Source: Acidobacteriota bacterium (GTDB taxonomy: Bacteria; Acidobacteriota; UBA890; WLXD01). Taken from it: a DNA stretch of 64,000 nt. The DNA lies in NCBI GenBank assembly GCA_963666215.2, contig CAXWPL010000004.1:608001-672000 (forward strand), given 5' to 3'. The position numbers and the translations under genes are program-made. How positions within the stretch are numbered: the first letter of the stretch is position 1; the number at the start of each line of letters is the position of its first letter. The notes beneath the pieces are model-generated. The model ran no database searches. It was not told where the DNA came from and worked only from the letters and a program-made list of their open reading frames with translations. This document shows, in pieces, positions 1 through 12,228 of this stretch.

Positions 1-405
1 CTCGGCCAGAGCCTCGTGTCGCACCAGCTCGCGCCCGGCCTGCTCCGCCGCCAGGCACGACTGTCGGTGTTGAGCCTCCGACGTGGTCAGGTCGCGGCGC
101 GCTTTTACGAGCTGGGCGCGCTGCGCGGAGTCGTCGAGACGCAGGACAACCGCGCCCTGGGATACCTGGTCGCCCTCGCGGAACGGCAACTCGACAACAC
201 GCCCACCGGTTTCGGGCGATAGCCGCGCGCGCCGCCGCGTTCGCACGGTGCCGGCCTTGGAGTTGGTGACCGTCGACTCGACGATGCCGCGACCGACAGA
301 GATGACGTCGACTTCCACTGGCTGCGGCGTCAGCCAGGTCACCCGGACTGCGTAGGCGGCAGCCGCGAGCAACAGCAAGATGGCGATCCGTTTGACCCAC
401 TTCAT
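1..405 (-). CDS. Efflux periplasmic adaptor (HlyD/MFP family), runs off window edge
   Basis: Hand translation from ATG at 405: MKWVKRIAILLLLAAAAYAVRV...RARLSPETGGRVVELPFREGDQVSQGAVVLRLDD (N-terminal anchor plus lipoyl-like motif). Not in the ORF track. Confidence 0.85.
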   Translation of the reverse strand, partial: MKWVKRIAILLLLAAAAYAVRVTWLTPQPVEVDVISVGRGIVESTVTNSKAGTVRTRRRARLSPETGGRVVELPFREGDQVSQGAVVLRLDDSAQRAQLVKARRDLTTSEAQHRQSCLAAEQAGRELVRHEALAE

Positions 406-484
406 AAATCGGACCCTAGCATCTAGATGACGCCGGGTCACGACGCTCAGCCGCGGTCATGCAGTCGATCAGCGCCGCCTCGAT

Positions 485-3157
485 CTACTCACGCAACAGT
501 GCCACCGGACTCCAGCGCATTGCCCGCATGGCCGGCAGCCATGACGCCGCCACGGCGACCGATGCCAGCACCAGGCCGACCGAGACGAGTGTGACCGGAT
601 CGAACGGCGAGGTGGCGAACAGAACACCGGCCAGGACGCGCGACAGCAGCAGGGCACTGACCGTTCCCAGAGCCACTCCAGCGGCGGCGAGCCTCAGGCC
701 CTCGGCGAGGATTCCCGACCGAATCTCGGTGGGCCGCGCCCCGAGCGCCAGGCGAATGCCGATGTCGCGCCGCCGTAGCCCGACGTTGTACGCAATCAGT
801 CCGTAGGTCCCGACCCCCGCCAGCAGCAACGCGCCGAAGGAGAATGCACCAAGCAACGAGGCCAGGAGCCGCGGCGTTGCGAGCGCCTGCGAGCGCACCT
901 CGAGCATGGGACGGACGTTCCAAAGCGCCAAGTTCGGGTCGAGCTCGGCGACGGCTGCACGCATCACGCTCTCGACTTCGGAGAACGGAGCACGCGAACG
1001 CAGAGCCAGCGTCAGCGAGTCGGCTGGTCCACCGTCGTTCCAGAACTCGAACTGGGCGTGGGCCAAGTACATCTGCGGCTTCGGGGTCGACGTCAGACCC
1101 TCATGGACCACGTCAGCGACGATCCCGACTACCTGCACCCAGCCAGGCGCGGCGCCTCCTCCTAGCAAGAAGCGCTGGCCAACAGGATCTTCGTCGGGCC
1201 AGAAACGCAACGCCGTCGATTCGCTGATCACGACTACACCTACGGCGTCCTTCCGATCAGCTGCGGTAATCAGACGACCGCTCCGCAGGGGCACGTGCAT
1301 GGCTTCAAGATAGCCCGGCGTGACGACTTGCCAATCGGCGGCCGGCGAACGCTCGCCTTCGGGAACCTCACGCCCCTCGATGCGGAAGTTAAGGTCGCCG
1401 AGCCCGGTGGACAACGGAAGGTTGGTAACCGCGCCGACCTGCTCCACCACCGGCGACGATGCCAACGACTCGATCAGGCTGCGGAAGAACAGCACGACGT
1501 CGGCGCTCTCCGAATACGAGGCGAACGGTAGCGACACCCGCGCGGTCGTAATCCCGTCGGAATCGAAGCCCGTATCAACACCGGCGATTCGCGCGAAGCT
1601 CTTGGCAACCAGCCCGGCACAAACCAGCAGGGTCACGGCGAGGGCCACCTCCGCTACGACGAGGCTGCGACGCACCGCGTTGGCCAGGTGCGAGCCTGAG
1701 GCGCCCCGGCTCTCGCTCTGAAGCGAGCGCGCGAGCTGGTTTGGAGTCGACCGAGCCGCCGGCATGAGGCCGAAGACCAGAGCGATGGCGAACGACAGCC
1801 CGGCGCCGAAAGCAATGACCACCGGGTCGATCTGCACTGTGTCGAGTCGCGGCAGGGCGGCTGGCTGCAATGCGACGATTGCGCGCGTTGTCCAGCCCGC
1901 CAGAAAGGTCCCGGCCACGCCCCCTGCGCCCGCCAACAACAGGCTCTCGGCCAAGGCGAGCGTCAACAAGCGTCCTTTCCCCGCACCCAACGCAACGCGA
2001 AGCGCGCGGTCGCGCCGACGGTGTTCGTTTCGCGAAAGGATCAAGCCGGCGACGTTGGCGATCGTGATCAGGAGAACGAAACCTACGGCCGTTGCCATTA
2101 AGGCGAGCGCCGGGCGAGCCGGCGCGACCACGCGCTCCCCGGCATGTTCGGTGCGCAGTCGCAGGCCCTTCGGGGTGTCGTCGGGGAAAGTGCGAACCAT
2201 CCACTCGCCGAGAGCCTCAACCTCCTCGGCAGCCGCCGACGCCTCGGCGCCGACGGCCAAGCGGGCCACGACACCCAGATAGTGACTGCCGCGATCGTGC
2301 ACTTCTTCGACGTCGATGTTGAAGACGCTGTAGATGTCGCGGTCGCTTCCAAAGAGCAGGTCGGGTGGCAACTTGAAGTCGGCCGGCAACACACCACCAA
2401 CGCGGGCTCCATTGCCGTTGAGCTGCAAGATTGCGCCCACTGCGGTGGGGTCAGATCCGAGCTCGCCGCGCCAGAAATCGTCGCTCACCAGAACGGTGCG
2501 CTCAGTACTCTCGACGTCGTCGACTGTGAACCCCCGGCCGAGAGTGGGCTCGATGCCGAAGGCCGCCAACGTCTCGGGAGTCACGAAGGCGGTTGCAATA
2601 CGCCGAGCGTCACCCCGTTCGGTCAGCGTCAACGAGCCGAACGCGTAGGCGCCAACGTGCGAGAAGCTCTTCAGGTGGCTGCGGAAGTCCAGGTACTCGG
2701 CCGGTGAGACACCACCGTCGTCCTGGTCGGTCCACGTGGTCAAGATTCGCAGCACCCGCTCCGGCTCGCCGTAGGGCAAGGGCTGCAGCAGAACAGCTCG
2801 AACCACCGAGAAGATGGCGGTGTTGGCACCGATCCCCAGGGCCAGCGTCACGATCGCGGTGGCCGTGAAGACCGGCGCATGCGCCAGCGAGCGGAAAGCC
2901 GACCGAGTGTCGGAGACAAGGCGCTCGATCCCGGCGCCCCAACGCTGCTCGCGGGCAACCTGCCGGTAGCGTTCCACGCCGCCGAACTCCAGCCGTGCCT
3001 GGCGACTTGCTTCGGCAGGCTCGACCCCCTCGGCGACGAGCTCCCGACTTCGGCGCTCGAGGTGATACTCCATCTCTTGACGAATGTCGCGCTCGACGTC
3101 GCTGCGCCGAGTCACTCCACGGATCCGTGCTACCCATCGGTGCAGTTGTCCAGACAT
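485..3157 (-). CDS. ADOP-family (acidobacterial duplicated orphan) ABC permease
   Basis: 890 aa; N-terminal EMEYHLE...ARLEFGG prefix, TLALGIGANTAIFSVV, duplicated MacB/FtsX units, DIGIRLALGA; directly downstream of padR. Confidence 0.92.
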   Translation of the reverse strand: MSGQLHRWVARIRGVTRRSDVERDIRQEMEYHLERRSRELVAEGVEPAEASRQARLEFGGVERYRQVAREQRWGAGIERLVSDTRSAFRSLAHAPVFTATAIVTLALGIGANTAIFSVVRAVLLQPLPYGEPERVLRILTTWTDQDDGGVSPAEYLDFRSHLKSFSHVGAYAFGSLTLTERGDARRIATAFVTPETLAAFGIEPTLGRGFTVDDVESTERTVLVSDDFWRGELGSDPTAVGAILQLNGNGARVGGVLPADFKLPPDLLFGSDRDIYSVFNIDVEEVHDRGSHYLGVVARLAVGAEASAAAEEVEALGEWMVRTFPDDTPKGLRLRTEHAGERVVAPARPALALMATAVGFVLLITIANVAGLILSRNEHRRRDRALRVALGAGKGRLLTLALAESLLLAGAGGVAGTFLAGWTTRAIVALQPAALPRLDTVQIDPVVIAFGAGLSFAIALVFGLMPAARSTPNQLARSLQSESRGASGSHLANAVRRSLVVAEVALAVTLLVCAGLVAKSFARIAGVDTGFDSDGITTARVSLPFASYSESADVVLFFRSLIESLASSPVVEQVGAVTNLPLSTGLGDLNFRIEGREVPEGERSPAADWQVVTPGYLEAMHVPLRSGRLITAADRKDAVGVVVISESTALRFWPDEDPVGQRFLLGGGAAPGWVQVVGIVADVVHEGLTSTPKPQMYLAHAQFEFWNDGGPADSLTLALRSRAPFSEVESVMRAAVAELDPNLALWNVRPMLEVRSQALATPRLLASLLGAFSFGALLLAGVGTYGLIAYNVGLRRRDIGIRLALGARPTEIRSGILAEGLRLAAAGVALGTVSALLLSRVLAGVLFATSPFDPVTLVSVGLVLASVAVAASWLPAMRAMRWSPVALLRE

Positions 3158-3159
3158 CG

Positions 3160-3492
3160 TCAGTTCTCCCCGAGCACCAGATCGACTGCAGCCGAGAGCT
3201 GCCGCCAGCTCGCCCGCTCGAGCTCGAGCTGCCGCCGCCCAGCGGCAGTGAGTGTGTAGATCCGCACCGGCCGTCCTTCATCTGAGGTCCCGCTCTTCGA
3301 GCGGATCCAGCCGCGGTCCTGCAGCCGGTAGAGCGCCGGATACAGCGAGCCCTGCTGGACGCTCAGAACTTCGCGCGAAGACTCGCGAATCCGCCGGCTC
3401 ACTTCCCAGCCGTGCGCCGACCCCGAATCGAGCGTGCGAAGGATCAACAGATCCAGAGTTCCCTGGAGGATGTCCGGTTTTGATTTGGCCAT
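3160..3492 (-). CDS. PadR-family transcriptional regulator (acidobacterial type)
   Basis: LQGTLDLLIL...HGW...QQGSLYPALYRL...YTLTAAGRRQL. Confidence 0.93.
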   Translation of the reverse strand: MAKSKPDILQGTLDLLILRTLDSGSAHGWEVSRRIRESSREVLSVQQGSLYPALYRLQDRGWIRSKSGTSDEGRPVRIYTLTAAGRRQLELERASWRQLSAAVDLVLGEN

Positions 3493-3521
3493 GGGTACGG
3501 GTTCTCGCTCGTGGACACTAT

Positions 3522-3566
3522 GACGTTCGACACTTGACGGTTGTCAGTGTACATAGACGTTCGACA
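3522..3566. promoter_or_regulatory. Candidate PadR operator / promoter
   Basis: Direct repeat GACGTTCGACA at 3522-3532 and 3556-3566, 30-75 bp upstream of the padR start. Confidence 0.4.
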
Positions 3567-3578
3567 ATACAAAAGCGT

Positions 3579-3851
3579 TTGAAAGGCGCCGCGTCGTTCA
3601 ACGTCTACGGCATCGTCACGCTGATCGGCGACGTGATCTACTCGGCCTGGATCTTCAGGCGCAAGGGCATCACGGCGCACCGGGCTGCAGGCAACGTTCT
3701 GATTGCCGCAGGCGCGATTGTCGGCGGTGGCGCCAGTGCCTTCAGCCGCTGGGGCATGCTGAGCTACCTCTACTTGGCCGAGCTCTGCTCGCTGCTTCTC
3801 GTCTTCGCAGGCTTCCTGGCGGCCACCGGGTTCTTCCTCCGCGAGGAGTAG
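3579..3851 (+). pseudogene. C-terminal remnant of a multi-TM membrane protein
   Basis: FNVYGIVTLIG..IYSAWIFRRK...GNVLIAAGA...YLYLAEL...FAGFLAAT; three hydrophobic segments with no convincing start or RBS. Confidence 0.5.
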
Positions 3852-3867
3852 GTCACGGCTCTGCCTC

Positions 3868-4194
3868 TCACGATCCGGTGGACGTTTCGGTCTCGTTCAG
3901 CTCTGCGTCTTCGTCTGCGTCTTTCGTGGAGAACACCGGTCGCTCCAGGTCGCCGGCGTTCGCCATCCAGGCCTCGTGGCCGGCTCGCACCAGCACCTTG
4001 CCGTGACGCGGAATTCGGTGCCTCGCGGCCGGGCTGCAATCGGATCTGGTGCAGACCGACCTGCGACAGGCCAGTAGTCCCGGTTAACGATCGGTAGTAG
4101 CCACCGGATTTCGGGTTGAGGGATGGTGGAACTTCCCTTCGTCGATGGCCTCGATGTCCTCCCCGGAGAGGACGTACGGACTACCAGAGCTCAC
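3868..4194 (-). pseudogene. Degraded cupin (COG3837-like) gene
   Basis: Pieces in different frames: MSSGSPYVLSGEDIEAIDEGKFHHP / LNPKSGGYYRSLTGTTGLSQVGLHQIRLQPGRE / GTEF / PRHGKVLVRAGHEAW...; the metal-binding core is missing. Confidence 0.55.
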
Positions 4195-4203
4195 GGAATC
4201 CGC

Positions 4204-5538
4204 CTACTCCTCGCCGACGCGCTGCGCGCTCGAAACGTCGGGCTGACCCCACTGGGCGCCGTTCCAGCCGTTGAAGCCCTCCATCCGGAAGGCCCAGAAA
4301 CCGGTGGTCATATCGCTGATGACGATGAGCCCGTCGGCGTTGCGCACGTCAACGCCCCAGGCACCGTCGAACAGCAAGCCGTCCTCATCTTCCGGGTTCG
4401 GGCCGAGGAACGTGTCGTAATACGCCACCGTCACCGGGTTCTCCGGGTCCATCAGGCTGAATACCTGCAGACCGTCGACATAGCCGGAGACGAAGACGAA
4501 CGGCCAGCGCACCTCGTGGTTGTGAACCAGATGGCGCCAGTCCGCGGTCCAGGCGGAGATCGGCCGGCGGATGTTCTGCACCTCACCGTCGAGCGCCGGC
4601 TTGAGATCGAAAATGCGCAGCGGCGCGTACTGGTACTCGGTCTCGGCGATCACGTAGCGGCCATCGGGCGACGGCGTGAACGTGTGGCCGTACTCGACGC
4701 CCGAGATGCCCGTGAGCGAAACCATCAGCTGCGGGCTCTCGAGATTCGTCACGTCGTAGACGTAGTAGCCGTCGGTGCCGCCGCCGTAGAAGCGATCGGT
4801 CTGGGTGTCGGGGTGAAAGCCGGCGTACATGTCGTGGTAGCCGCGGAACCCGCGCGCGCCATCCGGCCCGTCGCCGACGGGAATCGTCGACACCAGCGCT
4901 TCGTCCATGGCCCCGGCGATGACGTTGCCGAGATCGTAGACGTGGGCGCCCGGGCCGCGAACGGTGGTGAACAGCAGCGGCCGGCCATTGCTGTGCTGGT
5001 AGATGAAGATGTTGTGGAAGCCGCCCGGCAGATCGGGCTCGCGGATGCGGGCCACCTCTTCGATCTTCTCCGGCAGGTCGGTGACATCGAAGATGATCCC
5101 TCCGAGATCGGGATTCGGACCACCCTGCCCGAACTGCACCGACAGCAGCACGTAGTAGCGCTCCTGCCAGGTGAAGTACTTGATGTCCTTGCCGCCGGCG
5201 CCCGCGTGCAGATCCTGATCCTCGATACGCCAGGCGTGGATGACCTTCGGATTGGCTGGATCGTGCAGATCGATCACGTCCATACCCTTCTCACCGTACT
5301 CACCGAATATCTCTCGTGCCACGTAGGCGTACGGACGCTCCATCTCCTGCTCGATCTCGATGTCGGCAACGCTCAGCGGCGCACCAAGCGGCAAGTGCGA
5401 AACGACGGTGATGTTGTCGCTCCCCGGCTTCTCGGGCGTCCACTGCTGGGCGCCAGCGATTCGAGCACCGGGAGCACCGGGAGCACCGGCAAGAACAATG
5501 AGTGCGGTCAGGCAAAAGGCGATGGTTCGACGTGACAT
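4204..5538 (-). CDS. Secreted LVIVD-repeat / choice-of-anchor-B-like beta-propeller protein
   Basis: Signal peptide; repeated D-x-x-D-P-x-N-P strands, FHN, YHD, VHNH, YVDGLQVF, GAWGVD. Confidence 0.75.
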   Translation of the reverse strand: MSRRTIAFCLTALIVLAGAPGAPGARIAGAQQWTPEKPGSDNITVVSHLPLGAPLSVADIEIEQEMERPYAYVAREIFGEYGEKGMDVIDLHDPANPKVIHAWRIEDQDLHAGAGGKDIKYFTWQERYYVLLSVQFGQGGPNPDLGGIIFDVTDLPEKIEEVARIREPDLPGGFHNIFIYQHSNGRPLLFTTVRGPGAHVYDLGNVIAGAMDEALVSTIPVGDGPDGARGFRGYHDMYAGFHPDTQTDRFYGGGTDGYYVYDVTNLESPQLMVSLTGISGVEYGHTFTPSPDGRYVIAETEYQYAPLRIFDLKPALDGEVQNIRRPISAWTADWRHLVHNHEVRWPFVFVSGYVDGLQVFSLMDPENPVTVAYYDTFLGPNPEDEDGLLFDGAWGVDVRNADGLIVISDMTTGFWAFRMEGFNGWNGAQWGQPDVSSAQRVGEE

Positions 5539-5806
5539 CGACGAGATTCTCCGGGTTTGGTGAGGAAGACAAGTCGGTTCGCGGACCCGACGATATGCTG
5601 CTCGTCGCCCTCGCGTCGAGGGGCTGATTCGCCTGTTCCGCTCAGCGATGCGCGGTGGAGGGCCCTCGATCCGACGATCGGCTCACGTCGCTCGCCAAAT
5701 CGCGGACAATGTGCCCCCCTTCTGATGAGTTTCTGGTACCCCGCATTCGAGCCTCGCCGGTCGTGCGATCGGTCGCAGATGGTTCGCCGAGCTGGAGAAG
5801 CAACAC

Positions 5807-5930
5807 ATGAGCAAAGCCAAGGTCGCCGGTCGATCACCCATGCAGGTAGAGCTCGAGCAGGGGGAGCATCACTGGTGACTGCTCGCCCCACGCTGACGGT
5901 TCTTTACGAATCCCGACCGTGTTCTGACGA
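5807..5930 (+). pseudogene. Remnant of a CDGSH iron-sulfur domain gene
   Basis: RBS GGAG, then MSKAKVAGRSPMQVELEQGEHHW-stop, matching the N-terminus that normally precedes WCxCG...CDGSH. Confidence 0.5.
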
Positions 5931-6038
5931 CCGCCGAGCCAGCGGCTCGGTCTGAATGTCTAGACAACCCATTGCCAGAGCGGGCTGCCCGCGCATTCAA
6001 TTCGCGGTGAACCTGCCCGCTCGGAGCTCAGGAGACGA

Positions 6039-6764
6039 TTGATGCCCCGCACAACCGCCAACGCGCACCTCATACCCATGGCTCCCGGCACCTGGCCGCG
6101 GTGGGTTGCCTGCGTCGCAACCGCCGGCGTGATCGGCCTCGCGCCGGCGCTTGCAGCTGCGTCATCGCCCATTAACTCCTCGAGCGTTGTGCCAGAACAA
6201 CCGCCGCGGTCGCAGGAGTCCGGGTTCAACGAACACTGGGTCCTGAATCAGGAGCTCAGCGAAAACCCGCAGGAGAAGATCCAGCAAGCCATGCAGGCGG
6301 CCCGTGGCAGCGGCGGCCGTAGTCGCCCGCCCGGCGGGGGTCGTGGTGGCAGCGGTGGCCCGCCCGCCGGTGGAGCGCGCGGCGGCGGCGGCGCGGGCGG
6401 AACGGGCCGACCTGGTGGTCGCCCCGGCGGCAGAGGCCCGGAAATGGCCGGGATCTTCGGCGGCTCTGAGGAGCTGGTGATCGTCCACGCGGGCAACGCC
6501 TTCACGATCCGCTACAAGGACGGACGGGAGCGTGCGCTCGAGATCGGTGAGCGCGAGTCCGCCGAGGCTGCCGGTGCCGACGGTGCCGCCTACTGGGACG
6601 CCAACACACTGGTGGCACGATCCGAACCCCAGGAAGGCCGCGTGGTTGTCGAGCGCTACGAGCTCGTCGAAGGAGCTGCCCGACTGGTGATCAACATCGA
6701 ACTGCCGTTGCCGATGGGCGGCGACGCGATCTCCATCCGGCGCGTCTACGACGCGGCGGAATAG
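6039..6764 (+). CDS. Secreted hypothetical protein with Gly/Arg-rich insert and beta-barrel-like C-terminus
   Basis: Signal-like N-terminus, FNEHWVLNQELSE, GGRGG low-complexity tract, ends IRRVYD. Confidence 0.7.
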   Translation: MMPRTTANAHLIPMAPGTWPRWVACVATAGVIGLAPALAAASSPINSSSVVPEQPPRSQESGFNEHWVLNQELSENPQEKIQQAMQAARGSGGRSRPPGGGRGGSGGPPAGGARGGGGAGGTGRPGGRPGGRGPEMAGIFGGSEELVIVHAGNAFTIRYKDGRERALEIGERESAEAAGADGAAYWDANTLVARSEPQEGRVVVERYELVEGAARLVINIELPLPMGGDAISIRRVYDAAE

Positions 6765-6926
6765 CCAGGTAGCCACCAGCGAGTCCGCCCGCAACACGTA
6801 GCGAGCCAACACGCAGCGGGCGCCGCGGTCACGCGTCAAGAGAAACAACCCGCCGTCGGGCTGTGGCCCGGCGGCAGAACCGCACACGCAAGAGCCCCGC
6901 GACGCGCTGCGTTATCCTCGCGCTCC

Positions 6927-10166
<3,240 letters not shown>

Positions 10167-10408
10167 CTCCCTTCATTTCGCTGCCCTGCCGGGCAGATCA
10201 GCGAGCTCGCCGACTGCCTCGAGCCTCGCGGATACCGGCACCCGAGCGCCTCGAGGTTTCTCTCTGCCGCCCCGCTGGCCGGCGACGGCAATGGATGCTG
10301 ATGATCACTTTTGGCTTCTTACGCCTATTTATGCATGCTTGAATCCATTAAATCGCTTTCCTGAACCCTACAGGCCACTACAGTCCGTTCTCGAGCTGGG
10401 AAATCCCT

Positions 10409-11185
10409 ATGAGCGCTGAGCCCGTCCCCGTTGGTCCAGTCGAGGGACCTGGCCCGTCCACGCCCGCCGACGAGGCGGCGAGAGAGCCGGCCGAGGTTCA
10501 CGCCATCGAGGACCATCTGCCCGACACTGTGATTTCAGCGGCCGATCGCCGCCAGTACCTTGCCGTTCTTGCGCTGCTCGGCGCCTCGTTCATGCTCTTC
10601 CAGATCGGCGTGCTGCGGGAGCTGCGCTTCCAGCTCAGCAGCATCTTCACGCTCACGCCGTTCCTGTTCAGCAGCGTGGTCGTTCTGATTGGCCTCGGGT
10701 CGCTGGCCGCGAAACGCCTCGAGATGTCCACCCAGACGTTGCTGCGCCGCACGGTGGCTGCTCTGCCCGTGGCCGTCTTGCCGCTGTTTGCGATGACGAT
10801 CCTGGTCGCCCAGGCGACGATCAGCCACTCCTCGTCGGCGTTCGACTACAGCCAGGCAACCGGAAGCCAAGAGCAGTACATGAACTCTGTGGTGTTCGCC
10901 TTCCTGGCGGTCGCCGTCGTCGGCTATGGCGTCGTGTTCTTCCTGCAAGGGCTTGTCTTCGCCGTTTACTTCCGCGAGGGGCGCCGGACCGGGCTTATCA
11001 CGCGGTTCGAGCAGATTGCCCAGTGGAGCGACGAGGACGCCGACGAGTTCGCCGCCCAGCTGGGCCGATTCCGTGGCCGCGTGAGGCGCGATAGCTGGGT
11101 GACTGAGGCTCAGCGGTTGGTCGCCGAGAAAGCTGGCTCGGAGGAGCAGCCCACGACGGACACATCAGCCAGCGGCCGCACCTGA
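10409..11185 (+). CDS. Chimeric ORF: membrane-protein N-terminus fused to the tail of a helix-hairpin-helix (COG3743-like) domain; probable deletion product
   Basis: About four TM segments, then an abrupt switch near 10996 to ITRFEQIAQWSDEDADEFAAQLGRFRGRVRRDSWVTEAQRL. Confidence 0.55.
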   Translation: MSAEPVPVGPVEGPGPSTPADEAAREPAEVHAIEDHLPDTVISAADRRQYLAVLALLGASFMLFQIGVLRELRFQLSSIFTLTPFLFSSVVVLIGLGSLAAKRLEMSTQTLLRRTVAALPVAVLPLFAMTILVAQATISHSSSAFDYSQATGSQEQYMNSVVFAFLAVAVVGYGVVFFLQGLVFAVYFREGRRTGLITRFEQIAQWSDEDADEFAAQLGRFRGRVRRDSWVTEAQRLVAEKAGSEEQPTTDTSASGRT

Positions 11186-11340
11186 CCGCTCCCGACCAGC
11201 CCGCTCGATTCTCCCGCCGTGAGGCTGCGAAAGGCGTCCGTATACTCCGACCTCTGACCTCCACTTGCCGCCCGGCGGAGCCGTAAGCCACCGCTTGAAG
11301 TGACAAGGAACCACGTCTCGGAGTCTCTCGGGGTCGTTCT

Positions 11341-12228
11341 ATGCAGGTGATCATGGCCGTCGGCGCGGCGCTGATGTTGGGCGCGTTACACGGCTGGCTG
11401 CTCGGCAAGCAAGCCGGACGCACGGAGTCTGAGCTGGCTGCCGACGACTACCAGAGCTTGGTCGAGGCTCGCGATCGCCGTATTGCCAAGCTGCACGTCA
11501 AGGCCGAGGACAGCGCAGCGCGATGTGATCTGCTGCAGCAGGGAATCGCCGAGCGCGCTGAGTCGGTCGAGACTCTCACCGCACGCGTGGCGGCCCAGGC
11601 CGATCGCATCGATCGCGCGAACCGCGACGCTATCAACATGCGCGCGCGCTTTGATGACCAGCTCAGCCAGCGCGACGGACGCATTGAGCAACTCCGCGAG
11701 TTACATGCTAACGCTGCTTCGCTGGCGAGCTCGCTCGGCGAGAGTCTGCGCAACCTCGAAGCCCACAGCGCCAATCAGCAACGGCAGCTCGAAACCACGG
11801 CAGCCGAGCTCGCCGACTGTCGTCGCGAGCTCCACGGCACCACCAACGAGCTGCTCTCTCTGTGGTCGCGCTCCGAGAAGGCCCTCGTGCAGGCGGCCGA
11901 GAGCGAAGACGCCATGCGGGTGCGCGATCAGCGAATCGCGGCACTGGAGGAACTGGCTACTCGTTACAACGCGCGTATCAGCGGCCTCACCAACGCCCTG
12001 CGTGAGGAACGCGACCGGCAGCGCACGAGAATTGGCCTTCGAGACGCTGAAATCGAGCGTTACCGACGCGCCGCGGGTCGATTGAGCCCTGATGCGGTCG
12101 ACGACCCCAGGAGCATCGCGAGCTCGTATGCCTCTTCCTCGTCTTCTGCGTCGGCGGCCGCCATCGACACGCCGGCAACGACCTACATTCCCAGCGAACC
12201 GCGCTCGAGCTCCCAGGCCTCGCGATAG
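11341..12228 (+). CDS. Membrane-anchored coiled-coil protein, possibly C-terminally truncated
   Basis: N-terminal TM helix, long heptad-rich region, Ser-rich tail that overlaps the convergent nagB-like gene by 46 bp. Confidence 0.65.
   Translation: MQVIMAVGAALMLGALHGWLLGKQAGRTESELAADDYQSLVEARDRRIAKLHVKAEDSAARCDLLQQGIAERAESVETLTARVAAQADRIDRANRDAINMRARFDDQLSQRDGRIEQLRELHANAASLASSLGESLRNLEAHSANQQRQLETTAAELADCRRELHGTTNELLSLWSRSEKALVQAAESEDAMRVRDQRIAALEELATRYNARISGLTNALREERDRQRTRIGLRDAEIERYRRAAGRLSPDAVDDPRSIASSYASSSSSASAAAIDTPATTYIPSEPRSSSQASR

Noticed and set aside
5462-5490. Short in-frame repeats (APGAPGA; also QPAQPAQ near 16310, GVPGIPG near 22650, EEPP x3 near 26140)
   Set aside because: Unit lengths are multiples of three in linkers or signal regions; no frame effect and not CRISPR-like.
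4123-5535. Long antisense ORFs (also 6912-8561, 21750-23045, 32299-33531, 35897-37375, 38151-39437, 52928-54259)
   Set aside because: Shadow frames of well-supported genes, expected at high GC; no recognisable motifs.
5876-5878. TGA at a Cys position as a second selenocysteine
   Set aside because: In-frame read-through gives LLAPR then another stop, with no CDGSH motif and no clear SECIS hairpin.
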